64,000 nucleotides of DNA from contig JBGAHS010000006.1 in assembly GCA_044226015.1 (NCBI GenBank), forward strand, positions 224,001 through 288,000, written 5' to 3'. Each line of letters opens with the position of its first letter. The first letter of the stretch is position 1. The position numbers were made by a program, and so were the translations under genes. The notes beneath the pieces were generated by a model, which worked only from the letters and a program-made list of their open reading frames with translations, had not been told where the DNA came from and did no database searches. Positions 1 to 10,170 of the stretch are shown here, one piece after another. This DNA is from Candidatus Obscuribacteraceae bacterium (GTDB lineage Bacteria > Cyanobacteriota > Vampirovibrionia > Obscuribacterales > Obscuribacteraceae).

Positions 1-278
1 CATTTCCGCTAAAAAGGACGAGATTTTATCCTGGCAAACCGTGGTTATGGCAAGAATTTGCCAATTTGGGAGCACACTAATGCAAAGAAGTGGGAACCTT
101 TTGGGCTTCTTTACAAAATGGCCCATAAAATCGCTCCCGAACCCATTAGCCAGACTACTCGTGGATTTTTTGTGGCAGTGGTACAAGAAAGATCGTCACA
201 CAACAGATATCGATTGAATGTCTTTCCATCATCCGAGAACTGTTGTAGAATCTTTCTGCCACCACTTACGGTACCAGC

Positions 279-866
279 ATGAACGAAGCTGAAGTTAAAA
301 AAGCGCTATATAGGTTTGAGCTTTCGAAACTAGTAGGGGAAGACCCAACTACTCGAATAGTTGAAGAATTTTGCATTCTCGGTGGCAAAGTTCGAGTTGA
401 CATAAGTGCTATCAACGGGCAATTGCACGGATACGAGATCAAGAGTTCAGCTGATAATCTGGAACGCTTACCGCGACAGCAAAAATTTTACAACCAGGTT
501 TTTGACAAAATTAGTATTGTGGCTGACGAGAAGCATGTGGTGAAGGCTGTAAAAATTGTCCCACCATGCTGGGGGCTTATTTCTGCAAGCAACACGCCAC
601 ACGGTGTCTATCTAGAGCAGATCTGGCCCGCCCGGCAAAACTTCCAGGTTGAAGCAAATGCGCTTGTTCAGCTTCTCTGGAGAGAAGAAGCTCTTTCAAT
701 TCTCAGAGTTAATGGCAAAGGCAAAGGGCTTTCTGCGAAATCTCGAAAATACCTCTGGAAAACCATCGTCTCAGAACTTGATCTAGCCACCATAAAGAGC
801 AGTGTCCGAAACTGCCTCAAGTACAGAATGGACTGGCGTGACGACCCAGATATGCCCCTGAATTGA
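279..866 (+). CDS. sce7726-family protein (PD-(D/E)XK nuclease-like fold)
   Basis: Pattern EEF...RVDI..ING.LHGYEIKS..D.L.RL..Q...Y..VFD matches the sce7726 family; D...EIK catalytic-like motif. Confidence 0.75.
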   Translation: MNEAEVKKALYRFELSKLVGEDPTTRIVEEFCILGGKVRVDISAINGQLHGYEIKSSADNLERLPRQQKFYNQVFDKISIVADEKHVVKAVKIVPPCWGLISASNTPHGVYLEQIWPARQNFQVEANALVQLLWREEALSILRVNGKGKGLSAKSRKYLWKTIVSELDLATIKSSVRNCLKYRMDWRDDPDMPLN

Positions 867-1001
867 GCATAAAGAATATTTTTCAGGTGGATTTCTGTTG
901 AATACACCTTTGTTACATAAAATCGAACATGACAAGCGAATGCCTTGCTAGTGAATGGGTTAGAATTTTCAGGCTGACCGCAACTTCAAAGGAACAACAG
1001 C

Positions 1002-3680
1002 ATGTCCGTATCGCTTGTAAAAAAGACTGATGGTTCGATGTCATTATTCATTGATGGTGATCTGCAGTTCGATAGCAGAGACGAATACATCTATCACGAG
1101 GCTCTGGTAAATCCCGCGTTGTCAGTCATCGAAACACGGCGCCCTCAGGGTAATCTTCGCGCCCTTATAATTGGAGGCGGAGATGGGCTTGTAGCGAGGG
1201 AATTGCTCCGCTCACCAAAGATAAGCAGCATAGAACTAGTCGACTACGACAACAAGATTATCGAGCTCGCGAAAAACGAGATTAGCTCCTTAAATCAAAA
1301 AAGCCTTCATGACCCCAGAGTAAAAGTTATCTGCCAGGATGCATGGGCTTACCTGGAAGCAGCATGCAGGGTTGAAGAAAAATACGACATCGTAGTGAGT
1401 GATCTCACTGTTGCGCAAAACAGTCACGAGGCTAAGTTCCATAGCACTGACTGGTATCAAATGCTAAAACAAGTGCTCTCGGCAGACGGCGTCCTCGCAT
1501 TGAATGCAGTCTCAACTCAGGCAACGCCGGAGGCATTTTGGTCAATTTTCAATTCAATAACCTATGCAGGTTTAAAAGCACGTCCATTTCACGTAACTCT
1601 CTCATCCTTCCAATCGCAAGGGTACGGGCGTGATTGGGGATTTTTGCTCGCCTCGACACGGGTGATTCAAAGCAATGAACTCAAAATCGAATCCATGGCA
1701 AAACAAGATGAGTTTCGTTTTCTAAAAAGCTCAAAACAGTGTCTTCATCTATTCGAATTCCCAGAAGAATTCGCAAATCAACAGAGCTACTCTCTTCCTT
1801 TTAGAGCTGGTAGCGATCTACTTCTTCATTATTTTTTCAATAGCACTGAACTTCATGCAAACAGCAGCGAACAATGGAGTTCTTTCAGCATAGAATACGA
1901 CAATCTTTCTGTACTAACTCCAGATGAAGCAGAGAGAATCTTACCTCCTGAATTGAGAAGAGAGCTTTCCTCCGATATAGGAGCAAGCCAGCAGGAAGAA
2001 CTCTTTGAACGCGTGGTCAGCCTGGTTCCTGCATTGCGGAAGAATCAAACTAGAGAGATGATTTCGTCCTTCGTCGAGAACCCGATGCGCTTTCTTGAAT
2101 CAATAGATTTGCTTGAGCTGGTTAGCAGATTATTAGACCGTGCCTCGGAATTGCCATCACTGGTAGTAGCAGAGCTTCGCCTCTTGAAGGACAGACTGGT
2201 TGATTGGACAGGAGACTATAGTGATCTGTTCAGACTTGGCACCAGGGTTATGACAGTTCTCACATTAGTCGTGATAATCGGCAATCTGATGCACCCTGAT
2301 GCTGCATATGGCAAAGATGCTGGCGGCGGACATGGCGGCGATCATGGAGGTGCCGGACGAGGTGGAGATCACGCTGGTGATCACGGTGGTGACCGCGGAC
2401 GGGGAGATCGGGGAGATGGTCGCGGCGACCGTGGATTCGGCAATCGCAATTTCGACCATGACAGATTCAATAACTTCAACCACTTCAATAATTATGGTCA
2501 CTGGGGCCACTACGGACACTGGGGTCATTATGGATGGGCTCGTCCATGGCACGCATGGGGATGGGGTGGCTGGGGCTACAATGGCGGCTGGGGCGGCTGG
2601 TCTGTTCCCATTTACGCTGGCAACGGCGGGTTTCTGAACGTTAACTTGGGCTCAAACAACAACACAACAAACAACAATAGGCAGGCAGTCGACGAAGAGG
2701 GCAATACTTATCCTGCAAGAAAGTACAACTATTCTAACCAGGACTACGATGACAGCCAGGTAGCAAACAGCGACAATGGTCAAAGCTCTGTAAATCAAGC
2801 CACAGCAGATTATAGACTCGGACCTGATACAGACATTTTGCCTAATGGTCAGATCAGTATTCAACTTGCAGAACAATCTTATTTGCTAATTTCTCCACAG
2901 AAAACGCTAGTGATGGATCAGAATTCTGGCAAGCCCGTGATGGCACTTCAAAATGACCCTGCTTTGATTTGGAATTTGAACAACGAGATACAACGCCAAC
3001 AAAAGGGGTTGCAGTCAGCCTCAGACAACAGACAGTCGTCGATTTCATGGGGACAAAATGCAGGACTCCAAAATCATGACGCTGATGCAGCAGAGAGCCA
3101 GAACATTCAATCTGCTGTAGGACGCCTAAATCTGGCGAGCCAAAATTTGCCTCAGGTTCCGGCTGAGCGGCCCAACTCAATGAATGAGCCAGTGCCTGGG
3201 GCAATGGAATTGTTTGCCTCAACCTATATGAGCCCTGATGGGCACTTTCTCATCATCAGAAGACCAGATGGTTCACTAGCTTTCATGGATGGCAAAAACT
3301 GGTACAGTGACGCAGGTCAAACACGAATCAATAAGCCCTATCCAGCACAGTTCAAAGCCATTGCTCAAGCTTACTTGAATAACCTTGTGAGCGATTCTTC
3401 CAAAGAAATCGCAAGCATGCAGCAAGACCAACAGGAGGCAACTGACCGACTTCAGTCTTTGCAGCAAGAGCTCAGCTCCTACAATTCCGATCCCAACGCA
3501 AACCCGAACGAAATGGTTAACTTTGGATCAACGCAAATTCCTCGAGACCATGCAATAAAACGAACTCAAATGATGATCGCAAGAACGCAAAGACGTCTCA
3601 CGATGTTGCAAAAACAAATCAATTCCATTCCACAGGAGAATACCTGTGCCAGCAAGTTATTAGCAAGCTTGCAGAGCTAA
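1002..3680 (+). CDS. Spermidine synthase-like aminopropyltransferase fused to a TM segment, a Gly/His/Trp-rich low-complexity region and a C-terminal coiled-coil domain
   Basis: N-terminal LFIDGDLQF..RDEY.YHEALV, LIIGGGDG..ARE, LVDYD, YDIVVSDL motifs of the SpeE family; hydrophobic VMTVLTLVVIIGNL; GHWGHY repeats; RBS AAGGA upstream. Confidence 0.8.
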   Translation: MSVSLVKKTDGSMSLFIDGDLQFDSRDEYIYHEALVNPALSVIETRRPQGNLRALIIGGGDGLVARELLRSPKISSIELVDYDNKIIELAKNEISSLNQKSLHDPRVKVICQDAWAYLEAACRVEEKYDIVVSDLTVAQNSHEAKFHSTDWYQMLKQVLSADGVLALNAVSTQATPEAFWSIFNSITYAGLKARPFHVTLSSFQSQGYGRDWGFLLASTRVIQSNELKIESMAKQDEFRFLKSSKQCLHLFEFPEEFANQQSYSLPFRAGSDLLLHYFFNSTELHANSSEQWSSFSIEYDNLSVLTPDEAERILPPELRRELSSDIGASQQEELFERVVSLVPALRKNQTREMISSFVENPMRFLESIDLLELVSRLLDRASELPSLVVAELRLLKDRLVDWTGDYSDLFRLGTRVMTVLTLVVIIGNLMHPDAAYGKDAGGGHGGDHGGAGRGGDHAGDHGGDRGRGDRGDGRGDRGFGNRNFDHDRFNNFNHFNNYGHWGHYGHWGHYGWARPWHAWGWGGWGYNGGWGGWSVPIYAGNGGFLNVNLGSNNNTTNNNRQAVDEEGNTYPARKYNYSNQDYDDSQVANSDNGQSSVNQATADYRLGPDTDILPNGQISIQLAEQSYLLISPQKTLVMDQNSGKPVMALQNDPALIWNLNNEIQRQQKGLQSASDNRQSSISWGQNAGLQNHDADAAESQNIQSAVGRLNLASQNLPQVPAERPNSMNEPVPGAMELFASTYMSPDGHFLIIRRPDGSLAFMDGKNWYSDAGQTRINKPYPAQFKAIAQAYLNNLVSDSSKEIASMQQDQQEATDRLQSLQQELSSYNSDPNANPNEMVNFGSTQIPRDHAIKRTQMMIARTQRRLTMLQKQINSIPQENTCASKLLASLQS
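2310..2670 (+). repeat. Low-complexity coding repeats (GGDH/GDRG, FNNFNH, GHWGHY, WGWGGW)
   Basis: Visible directly in the translation of 1002..3680. Confidence 0.85.
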
Positions 3681-3685
3681 GGACA

Positions 3686-4735
3686 TTGATAGTGACGACA
3701 GAAATTCTCACTGTGGAGGAATCAGGGCTGCAGAGCCCTGATTCTCCATTTGGAAAAGAATGGGAGAACTTACTGGACTCGTGTGCAGAGACTGGCTTTA
3801 TGCAAAGCCTTCATTGGGCACAATTCAAAGCAGCTTGCGAACAAAGAGTAATTCACATTACGATTAGAGCTAGCGATAAGCTGATAGCTGGAACACTGCT
3901 CTACACAAGCAAAGATGAGAAGCGACCCACAGTTTTAATTTCGCCTTACGGACCTGTATTGCCCTGGCATAATGAAGCACTGGCGAAAGAGTGCTTGAAA
4001 CAAATTATTTTCAAAGCGCAAGAAATCGCAGAAGCACTGAATGCGGTGACTCTGCGTATTGAACCAAGGGTGCCACATCCGCAGCCACCTCTGCTCAGAG
4101 AATTTTCTCAAGCCCCTGTAAATCTAATTCCTGCAGATACCATGATTCTCGACTTGAATAGAAGCAAGAGCTTAATTCTTCAGGAAATGAAGCCAAAATG
4201 CAGGTACAACATAGGGCTTTCACAAAAGAGCGGCGTCGTTGTGGAAGAAGTTCAAGCCTCTGAAAATAGTGCAGAAATTGCTTTTAGCATGCTGCAGGAA
4301 GCCTCAATTCGTGACAAGTTCTTTCTTGAACCATTTGAGTTCTTCGAGAAATTGCTGAGCACTCTGACACCATCAAAGTTTTTGCGCATTCTAATCGCAA
4401 AGCATGATGAAGAAGTCTTAGGAGTTCTTTTGTTGATTTGTTGCGGAAAGCAGGCAACCTATTTGTATGGTGGCATCAGCAACCAAAAACGTAATCTAAT
4501 GGTTGGTTATGCATTGCAGTGGAAAGCAATTGAGATTGCTAGAGCAGCTGGCTGTACTAGCTATGACTTTTACGGTTACGACAAGTTTCAAAATCCGAAC
4601 CATAGCTACGCCAAATTTTCACGATTCAAGAGTGGCTTCGGTGGCGAAGCTAAACGCTTCATTGGTGCCCAAGATTACATGTTTATAGATAAGCTAGTAG
4701 ATAACGTAATTGGCTTTTTCCGAGACATAAAATAA
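3686..4735 (+). CDS. FemAB/FemX-family aminoacyl-tRNA-dependent peptidyltransferase
   Basis: FMQS..WA.FK, PYGPV, LRIEP, MKPK.RYNI..S.K.GV, LQW.AI..A...G...YDF.G, FK.GFGG motifs; starts 5 nt after the upstream stop. Confidence 0.85.
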   Translation: MIVTTEILTVEESGLQSPDSPFGKEWENLLDSCAETGFMQSLHWAQFKAACEQRVIHITIRASDKLIAGTLLYTSKDEKRPTVLISPYGPVLPWHNEALAKECLKQIIFKAQEIAEALNAVTLRIEPRVPHPQPPLLREFSQAPVNLIPADTMILDLNRSKSLILQEMKPKCRYNIGLSQKSGVVVEEVQASENSAEIAFSMLQEASIRDKFFLEPFEFFEKLLSTLTPSKFLRILIAKHDEEVLGVLLLICCGKQATYLYGGISNQKRNLMVGYALQWKAIEIARAAGCTSYDFYGYDKFQNPNHSYAKFSRFKSGFGGEAKRFIGAQDYMFIDKLVDNVIGFFRDIK

Positions 4736-4914
4736 GCAGTTCGTGCATCACAACAATTGATATGCGGCGCTGGCTAACTGGTTTCTTTCGCCCCATAATA
4801 GCCACCTTCTGCTTCTCACATTGCCGCCGTGCAGACTTTTGCCTGCACGGGACTTGGACACAAAGTGTCCATCTCTTTGCTATGATGTCAGCCGTTCCAA
4901 CCAGAGCTTCCATC

Positions 4915-6180
4915 ATGAAATCAATTCTTCAAAGCGTTTGTTTGTCCCTTTTGATTCCCAGTGCCCTCTTGTGCACTTTCGATTCTGCACAGGCACAGTA
5001 TTCAAAATACAAGCCGGGAGATCGTGTTGAAGTCATGTTCTCCGGAAGATGGCAGCCTGGCACAGTAAAGCCTCTGGCTAAGAACGATCTCAATAGAACC
5101 GGAAGCAAGTATCGCGTACAAATTGACAGTATGCCTGATTATCTTCAACCTGAAGGCACCGAGATTATGGTTGATGATATTCGTCCTGGTGGAGCTCCTG
5201 CAGCAGGAAATGACGGAGCCACACCTGTGGCTCCCGCCGCCCAGGGAGCTGCCGGAGCTGGAGCAACATTTCGACCGGGACAACGAGTGGAAGCCATGTT
5301 TGGAGGTAGATGGCAGTCTGGCACTGTTATGCCACTACTAAAGAATGACCTCAATCAGACGGGGAGCAAGTTGCGAATAAAACTTGACAGCATGGCCGAT
5401 TATCTTCAACCTGACGGCACAGAAATAATGGCCGTCGATGTACGAGCTGGAGGAGCGCAGCCTCCTGCGCAGGGCGCTCCAATGGCAAACAATGTAGGTA
5501 ACCCTGCTGGAGTGTCGCAAAATGCACAGCTTCATCCAGGAACTGGCTTTAGACCAGGCGATCGGGTTGAAGCGACCTGGAATGGAAGGCAAGTCACAGG
5601 GACAGTCATCCCGCTTCTGCCTAATGATCTTAATAAGACTGGAAGCAAGATACGAGTAAGAATTGACGGCTTAGCTGACTATCTGCAACCTGAAGGCACA
5701 GAGATAATGGCTGTCGACGCTAAGCACACAAACGCTGGTATAAACCATGACAAATTTGAGAATGGGCTACCCGCGGCGTGGAATCCAGGCAAAGCGCCAA
5801 TTCCGCCGGGCGGAGCGGCACCAGCAAAGCCACCAGGCGGTGCTCAGGCAGGTGAATATGTTGGCAAGTCAAACGCTGGAAGTCCGAAGATGATTGGCAA
5901 TGTTCCCGACATGAATGGAACGGCCTGGAAGATGCTTTTTGACCGAGCCGTGCATGTTGTGCCAGTACTTTATTTCAGACGCACTGGACGATATGAAACC
6001 GTCCAGCTCGCCGCCGGTATGCAAGGCAATTATCAGCAAAACGGCAGCAAATTGCTATTGACTGCTAACGGAAAAACTGACGCATACAACATGACCTTTG
6101 ATCCTGCTACTAACATCTTGCGTCTTGATGCTGACGGTGACAAGCTAAAGTTGCTCTATGATGGTCCCATTCCACGCTAG
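4915..6180 (+). CDS. Secreted protein with three Tudor/Agenet(SH3-like) repeats and a C-terminal small beta domain
   Basis: Signal peptide MKSILQSVCLSLLIPSALLCTFDSAQA; three copies of (K/R)PG(D/Q)RVE...GR...GTV.PL..NDLN.TGSK.R...D...DYLQP.GTEIM; start moved to the in-frame ATG at 4915. Confidence 0.7.
   Translation: MKSILQSVCLSLLIPSALLCTFDSAQAQYSKYKPGDRVEVMFSGRWQPGTVKPLAKNDLNRTGSKYRVQIDSMPDYLQPEGTEIMVDDIRPGGAPAAGNDGATPVAPAAQGAAGAGATFRPGQRVEAMFGGRWQSGTVMPLLKNDLNQTGSKLRIKLDSMADYLQPDGTEIMAVDVRAGGAQPPAQGAPMANNVGNPAGVSQNAQLHPGTGFRPGDRVEATWNGRQVTGTVIPLLPNDLNKTGSKIRVRIDGLADYLQPEGTEIMAVDAKHTNAGINHDKFENGLPAAWNPGKAPIPPGGAAPAKPPGGAQAGEYVGKSNAGSPKMIGNVPDMNGTAWKMLFDRAVHVVPVLYFRRTGRYETVQLAAGMQGNYQQNGSKLLLTANGKTDAYNMTFDPATNILRLDADGDKLKLLYDGPIPR
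5011..5730 (+). repeat. Three ~60-codon intragenic domain repeats (starting at about 5011, 5272 and 5551)
   Basis: Near-identical NDLNxTGSK and DYLQP(E/D)GTEIM segments separated by Gly/Ala/Pro linkers. Confidence 0.9.
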
Positions 6181-6412
6181 CAATTACCCAAGCAGTCTGG
6201 TCGCCACTTACTTAAGTCTTGAATCTTTGTCGCTGTAAGATCTCTCAGCTGTCTTTCTTGCGCCAATTCCAGGGATACAATTCGATCAATAGCAAGTGAC
6301 TGCCCGACAGCCATGGGTTCCATCATTCTTGATCACTTCCAGTCTTTTAAACTTCTTAGAAGCTAGTTCTTTCTATGAATTGATGAGAAAAGCGCAGGAC
6401 TGCTCTTCAATA

Positions 6413-8584
6413 CTAATGCAATTGATTGACGAAGCTCAATTCCTTGCTACGCGACGGGTCAAGAAGATTTGGCCAGGTCAAAAGAGCCATGCTTCGTCCA
6501 ACAAGATTGAATACTTCTCTATTTGCCAGACAAGAGGGCGCAACGATCGAACTGTCTGTGTAAAGCAGCAGCTCAAGTTGATCCTCCTTACTGGCAGCTA
6601 CAGGAAGGCGGAAATCAATATCATCATGATGAGCATTGAGAAGCAGCAAGAAATTGTTATCCATGATGCGCTCACCCTGCTCGTTCATTTCATCAATTTG
6701 TCCATTGAGAACAACACCGAGGCAGCGTACAAAACCGGCATTCCAGTCTTTGTCTTGCATGACATTGCCGTTAGGGTTTAGCCAATAAATGTCTTTGAAC
6801 TCTGTCCCTCTAATTTCTTTTCCATGGAAGAAACGGCGGCGATGGAGAACAGGGTGCGATTGCCGCAGCTTTATCACCGAGCATACAAAGCGGAAGAATT
6901 CCAATTTCTCTTCATTGAATTCCCAATTCAACCAGCTGATGGGATTGTCCTGACAGTAAGCATTGTTATTACCATCCTGCGAATTGCCAAATTCATCGCC
7001 AGAATAGAGCATTGGTACACCCTGCGAGAGCAAAAGTGTGGCAATGAAATTTCGTCTCTGTCGTGCTCTAACTGCGAGAATCCTTTTCTCATCGGTATCA
7101 CCTTCAACACCACAGTTCCAGCTGTAGTTGTCGTTAGCGCCGTCTCGATTGTTTTCGCCATTTGCTTCATTGTGTTTATAGTTGTATGCAACCAGGTCAC
7201 TCAATGTAAATCCGTCATGGCAGGTCACGAAATTGACGCTTGCGTAAGGACGTCTTCCGCTATGCTCATAGAGATCGCTGGAGCCAGTAAGCCTGGTGGC
7301 AAATTCGCTTACCGTTCCACCATCACCTTTCCAGAACGAACGAACATTGTCTCGATATTTTCCGTTCCACTCGGCCCAACCGACAGGAAATTGACCTACC
7401 TGGTAACCGCCGGGTCCCACATCCCAAGGCTCAGCTATGAGTTTCACTTGAGAGAGAATTGGGTCCTGGTGAATAATATCGAAAAATGCCGATAGCTGAT
7501 CGACGTCGTGTAGTTCACGGGCAAGTGCTGAAGCCAGGTCAAATCTGAATCCATCAACATGCATTTCCGTGACCCAGTAACGCAAACTGTCCATAATCAG
7601 CTGAAGCACGCGAGGATGCTGCATATTGAGAGTGTTTCCACACCCGGTGAAGTCAGCATAATAGCGTCGATCTTTTTCTTGGAGGCGGTAATAAGACCTA
7701 TTGTCGATGCCCTTAAGGGAGATCGTAGGACCTAGCTCATTTCCTTCAGCGGTATGGTTGTAAACCACATCTAGTATCACTTCAAGTCCATTTGCGTGCA
7801 AGGTGCGGACCATAGACTTGAATTCTTGAATTGCAAAATAAGGCAACGAATTCGAACTATAGCGCAGCTCAGGAGCGAAATAGGCGATGGTGTTGTAGCC
7901 CCAGAAATTATTGAGTCCTCGCTTGACCAGATTATGTTCATCCAAATGATGGTGAACTGGCATAAGCTCTACTGCAGTAACACCTAGCTTGTGCAGATGA
8001 CTAATTGCAGCTTCGCTTGCAAGACCCGCATAGGTACCGCGTAAATGCTCTGGAACGCCAGGCATCAGCTTGGTGAAGCCTCTAACATGCATCTCGTAAA
8101 TCACAGATTTATGAAACGGTATTTTCAAAAGCTGGTCATTGCCCCAGGTGAAGGCAGTGTCAATTACCTGTGCTCGAGGCGCATAAGGAGCACTGTCACG
8201 GTCATCGAAAGAGAGATCTAACTTGCTGTCCTTGATTTTGTAGCCGTACACAGAATCATGCCATTCCAGATCTTTCCCTATCGCTTTGGCGTAAGGATCG
8301 AGCAAGACTTTATTTGGGTTAAAGCGCAAGCCAGTTTTGGGTTCGTATGGACCATAAATTCTGTACCCATAGAGCTGCCCCGGTTTGATATCAGGAAAAT
8401 ATCCATGCCATACACGGTCAGTTTGCTCGGGCAATGGAATTCGCAATGACTCATAGGGCTCTGTGGGAGAGTCGAAAAGGCAGAGTTCAACTCTGTCTGC
8501 ATTCTCGGAGAATATGGAGAAATTAACTCCACGACCGTCCCAAGTAGCACCTAAAGGATAAGGAAGTCCTGGCCAAACGCGCAT
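6413..8584 (-). CDS. glgX: Glycogen debranching enzyme (isoamylase, GH13)
   Basis: WPG.PYPLGATWDG.GVNF, DVVYNHTAEG, VDGFRFDLAS, KLIAEPWD, VTCHDGFTL motifs. Confidence 0.97.
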   Translation of the reverse strand: MRVWPGLPYPLGATWDGRGVNFSIFSENADRVELCLFDSPTEPYESLRIPLPEQTDRVWHGYFPDIKPGQLYGYRIYGPYEPKTGLRFNPNKVLLDPYAKAIGKDLEWHDSVYGYKIKDSKLDLSFDDRDSAPYAPRAQVIDTAFTWGNDQLLKIPFHKSVIYEMHVRGFTKLMPGVPEHLRGTYAGLASEAAISHLHKLGVTAVELMPVHHHLDEHNLVKRGLNNFWGYNTIAYFAPELRYSSNSLPYFAIQEFKSMVRTLHANGLEVILDVVYNHTAEGNELGPTISLKGIDNRSYYRLQEKDRRYYADFTGCGNTLNMQHPRVLQLIMDSLRYWVTEMHVDGFRFDLASALARELHDVDQLSAFFDIIHQDPILSQVKLIAEPWDVGPGGYQVGQFPVGWAEWNGKYRDNVRSFWKGDGGTVSEFATRLTGSSDLYEHSGRRPYASVNFVTCHDGFTLSDLVAYNYKHNEANGENNRDGANDNYSWNCGVEGDTDEKRILAVRARQRRNFIATLLLSQGVPMLYSGDEFGNSQDGNNNAYCQDNPISWLNWEFNEEKLEFFRFVCSVIKLRQSHPVLHRRRFFHGKEIRGTEFKDIYWLNPNGNVMQDKDWNAGFVRCLGVVLNGQIDEMNEQGERIMDNNFLLLLNAHHDDIDFRLPVAASKEDQLELLLYTDSSIVAPSCLANREVFNLVGRSMALLTWPNLLDPSRSKELSFVNQLH

Positions 8585-8731
8585 AAACAGCTCAATACCT
8601 GGTAAATCAAGTATGGATCATAACACAGCTTCTTGTTGCGATGAATAGATACTTGCGCCCATGCAGAGGCTTTGTGTTATAAGTGATGTTTTGTCTATGC
8701 CAGCAAACTACACTTTGAGTATTTCTATCGA

Positions 8732-9649
8732 ATGTTCATTATCGAGCTATTGATACTACTTCTGTTCCTCCTTTTGGTTGCTGGAACATTTGCAGAAGCA
8801 TTTGCAATACTAGGTCGCCTATATCGAAGTAATTGGAAGCTAAGAACCCTCAGGCGAATAGACTATCTATTGATGATGCTTTCAGGTCTGGGAATCGCAT
8901 GCATAACATATGGCTTTTTCGAGCCATATGAATTAGAACAAACCAGCCTTCACTTGAGTTCAAAGAAACTCTCCAGAGGTAGCAACATACGCATAGCTCT
9001 GATTTCAGATCTTCACTGCGATGGACAATTGCGAACCGAAGAGAAACTCATCAAGGCAATTTCTGAATCGCACCCTGATCTAATTTTCTTCACGGGAGAT
9101 GCCACCAACGGAAGAAAGGGTCTGGAACTTTTTCGAAAGACTATGACCTCGTTAGCAAAGATAGCTCCTGTTTTTGCCTGTGACGGAAATCATGACACCT
9201 ATAGCGACATGTCATCGAATGAGAGATACGAAAACACTGGAGTAAAGTTCTTGAACTGTTCAGCAGCCGTTCTCGCGATAAGAAAGAACCTTATCTGGGT
9301 TGGTGGTGTTTCGGTCGATAATCTCAGCTGCATTGACCGCACACTTGAAACGTCTCCTCCCGATTCATTTCGCGCGTTTCTGTTTCACTACCCAGAAGGT
9401 ATTGAAGTTGCAGCCAAATATGGTGTTGACCTCTGTTGTGCAGGACACACCCATGGAGGTCAAGTCCGACTTCCGTTTTATGGGGCACTGATTACCATGG
9501 CACAGTCAGGCAAGAAGTACGAATGGGGACATTATGTCCTTGAGAAAACAGATGCTTATGTCAACAGAGGCATAGGCATGACGGCGCTTCCGATCAGGTT
9601 TCTGGCGCCACCCGAACTAACGATTATTGATGTAGCGGGTTCAGGCTAA
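8732..9649 (+). CDS. Membrane-anchored calcineurin-like metallophosphoesterase (YkuE/YaeI-like)
   Basis: Two N-terminal TM segments; SDLH, TGD, GNHD, GHTHGGQ, NRGIG...IRF..PPE motifs. Confidence 0.9.
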   Translation: MFIIELLILLLFLLLVAGTFAEAFAILGRLYRSNWKLRTLRRIDYLLMMLSGLGIACITYGFFEPYELEQTSLHLSSKKLSRGSNIRIALISDLHCDGQLRTEEKLIKAISESHPDLIFFTGDATNGRKGLELFRKTMTSLAKIAPVFACDGNHDTYSDMSSNERYENTGVKFLNCSAAVLAIRKNLIWVGGVSVDNLSCIDRTLETSPPDSFRAFLFHYPEGIEVAAKYGVDLCCAGHTHGGQVRLPFYGALITMAQSGKKYEWGHYVLEKTDAYVNRGIGMTALPIRFLAPPELTIIDVAGSG

Positions 9650-9754
9650 GCCATATCTCATGTTACGTTAGCGCCATAAGGCGTAATTCTCCCATTGTTG
9701 CCGAATTCTGTCATTCTTAAGATCCTATTGGAAGTGGCTAAGAAGGTTGTGCAA

Positions 9755-10168
9755 ATGGCAGAAATTATTCTCACACCAAAAGAACGCGAAGCTGTGTCAA
9801 AGGCGACAAATTTCGCCGAAATGGGAAATGGAAGCCGCTTGCGCGACATGGTCGAAGACGAACCAAGCTTCGACAAGCACACGAAGATCATCAACGAAAT
9901 GTTGAGCCTTAACCAACAACATATCAAGTTGGTTGAACTTCAAATCAAGGAAGGCAAGGACCCTAAACCTGAACCCGTGCCAAAGTTGAAACTAGATGTG
10001 GTCAAACGCGATGAAAACGGTCAGGTAGTGATCGAACGCTCACTCTCCTCTGGCAAAGACAAAGTTTTTCGCGAAGTTTACAACGATACCACTAAGCAGT
10101 ATCTTGACCCAGGCAGTTGCCCACGACCAACTGGCATAATTCCGCACTTCATTCCGCACAACAACTAA
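9755..10168 (+). CDS. Hypothetical protein
   Basis: Open frame with protein-like composition that fills the gap and converges on the kinase; start uncertain (9695 or 9755). Confidence 0.6.
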   Translation: MAEIILTPKEREAVSKATNFAEMGNGSRLRDMVEDEPSFDKHTKIINEMLSLNQQHIKLVELQIKEGKDPKPEPVPKLKLDVVKRDENGQVVIERSLSSGKDKVFREVYNDTTKQYLDPGSCPRPTGIIPHFIPHNN

Positions 10169-10170
10169 GC

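Noticed and set aside
6296..7495. Plus-strand ORFs of 161 and 223 aa
   Set aside because: Antisense shadows of glgX with no motifs; the same applies to most short overlapping ORFs in the track
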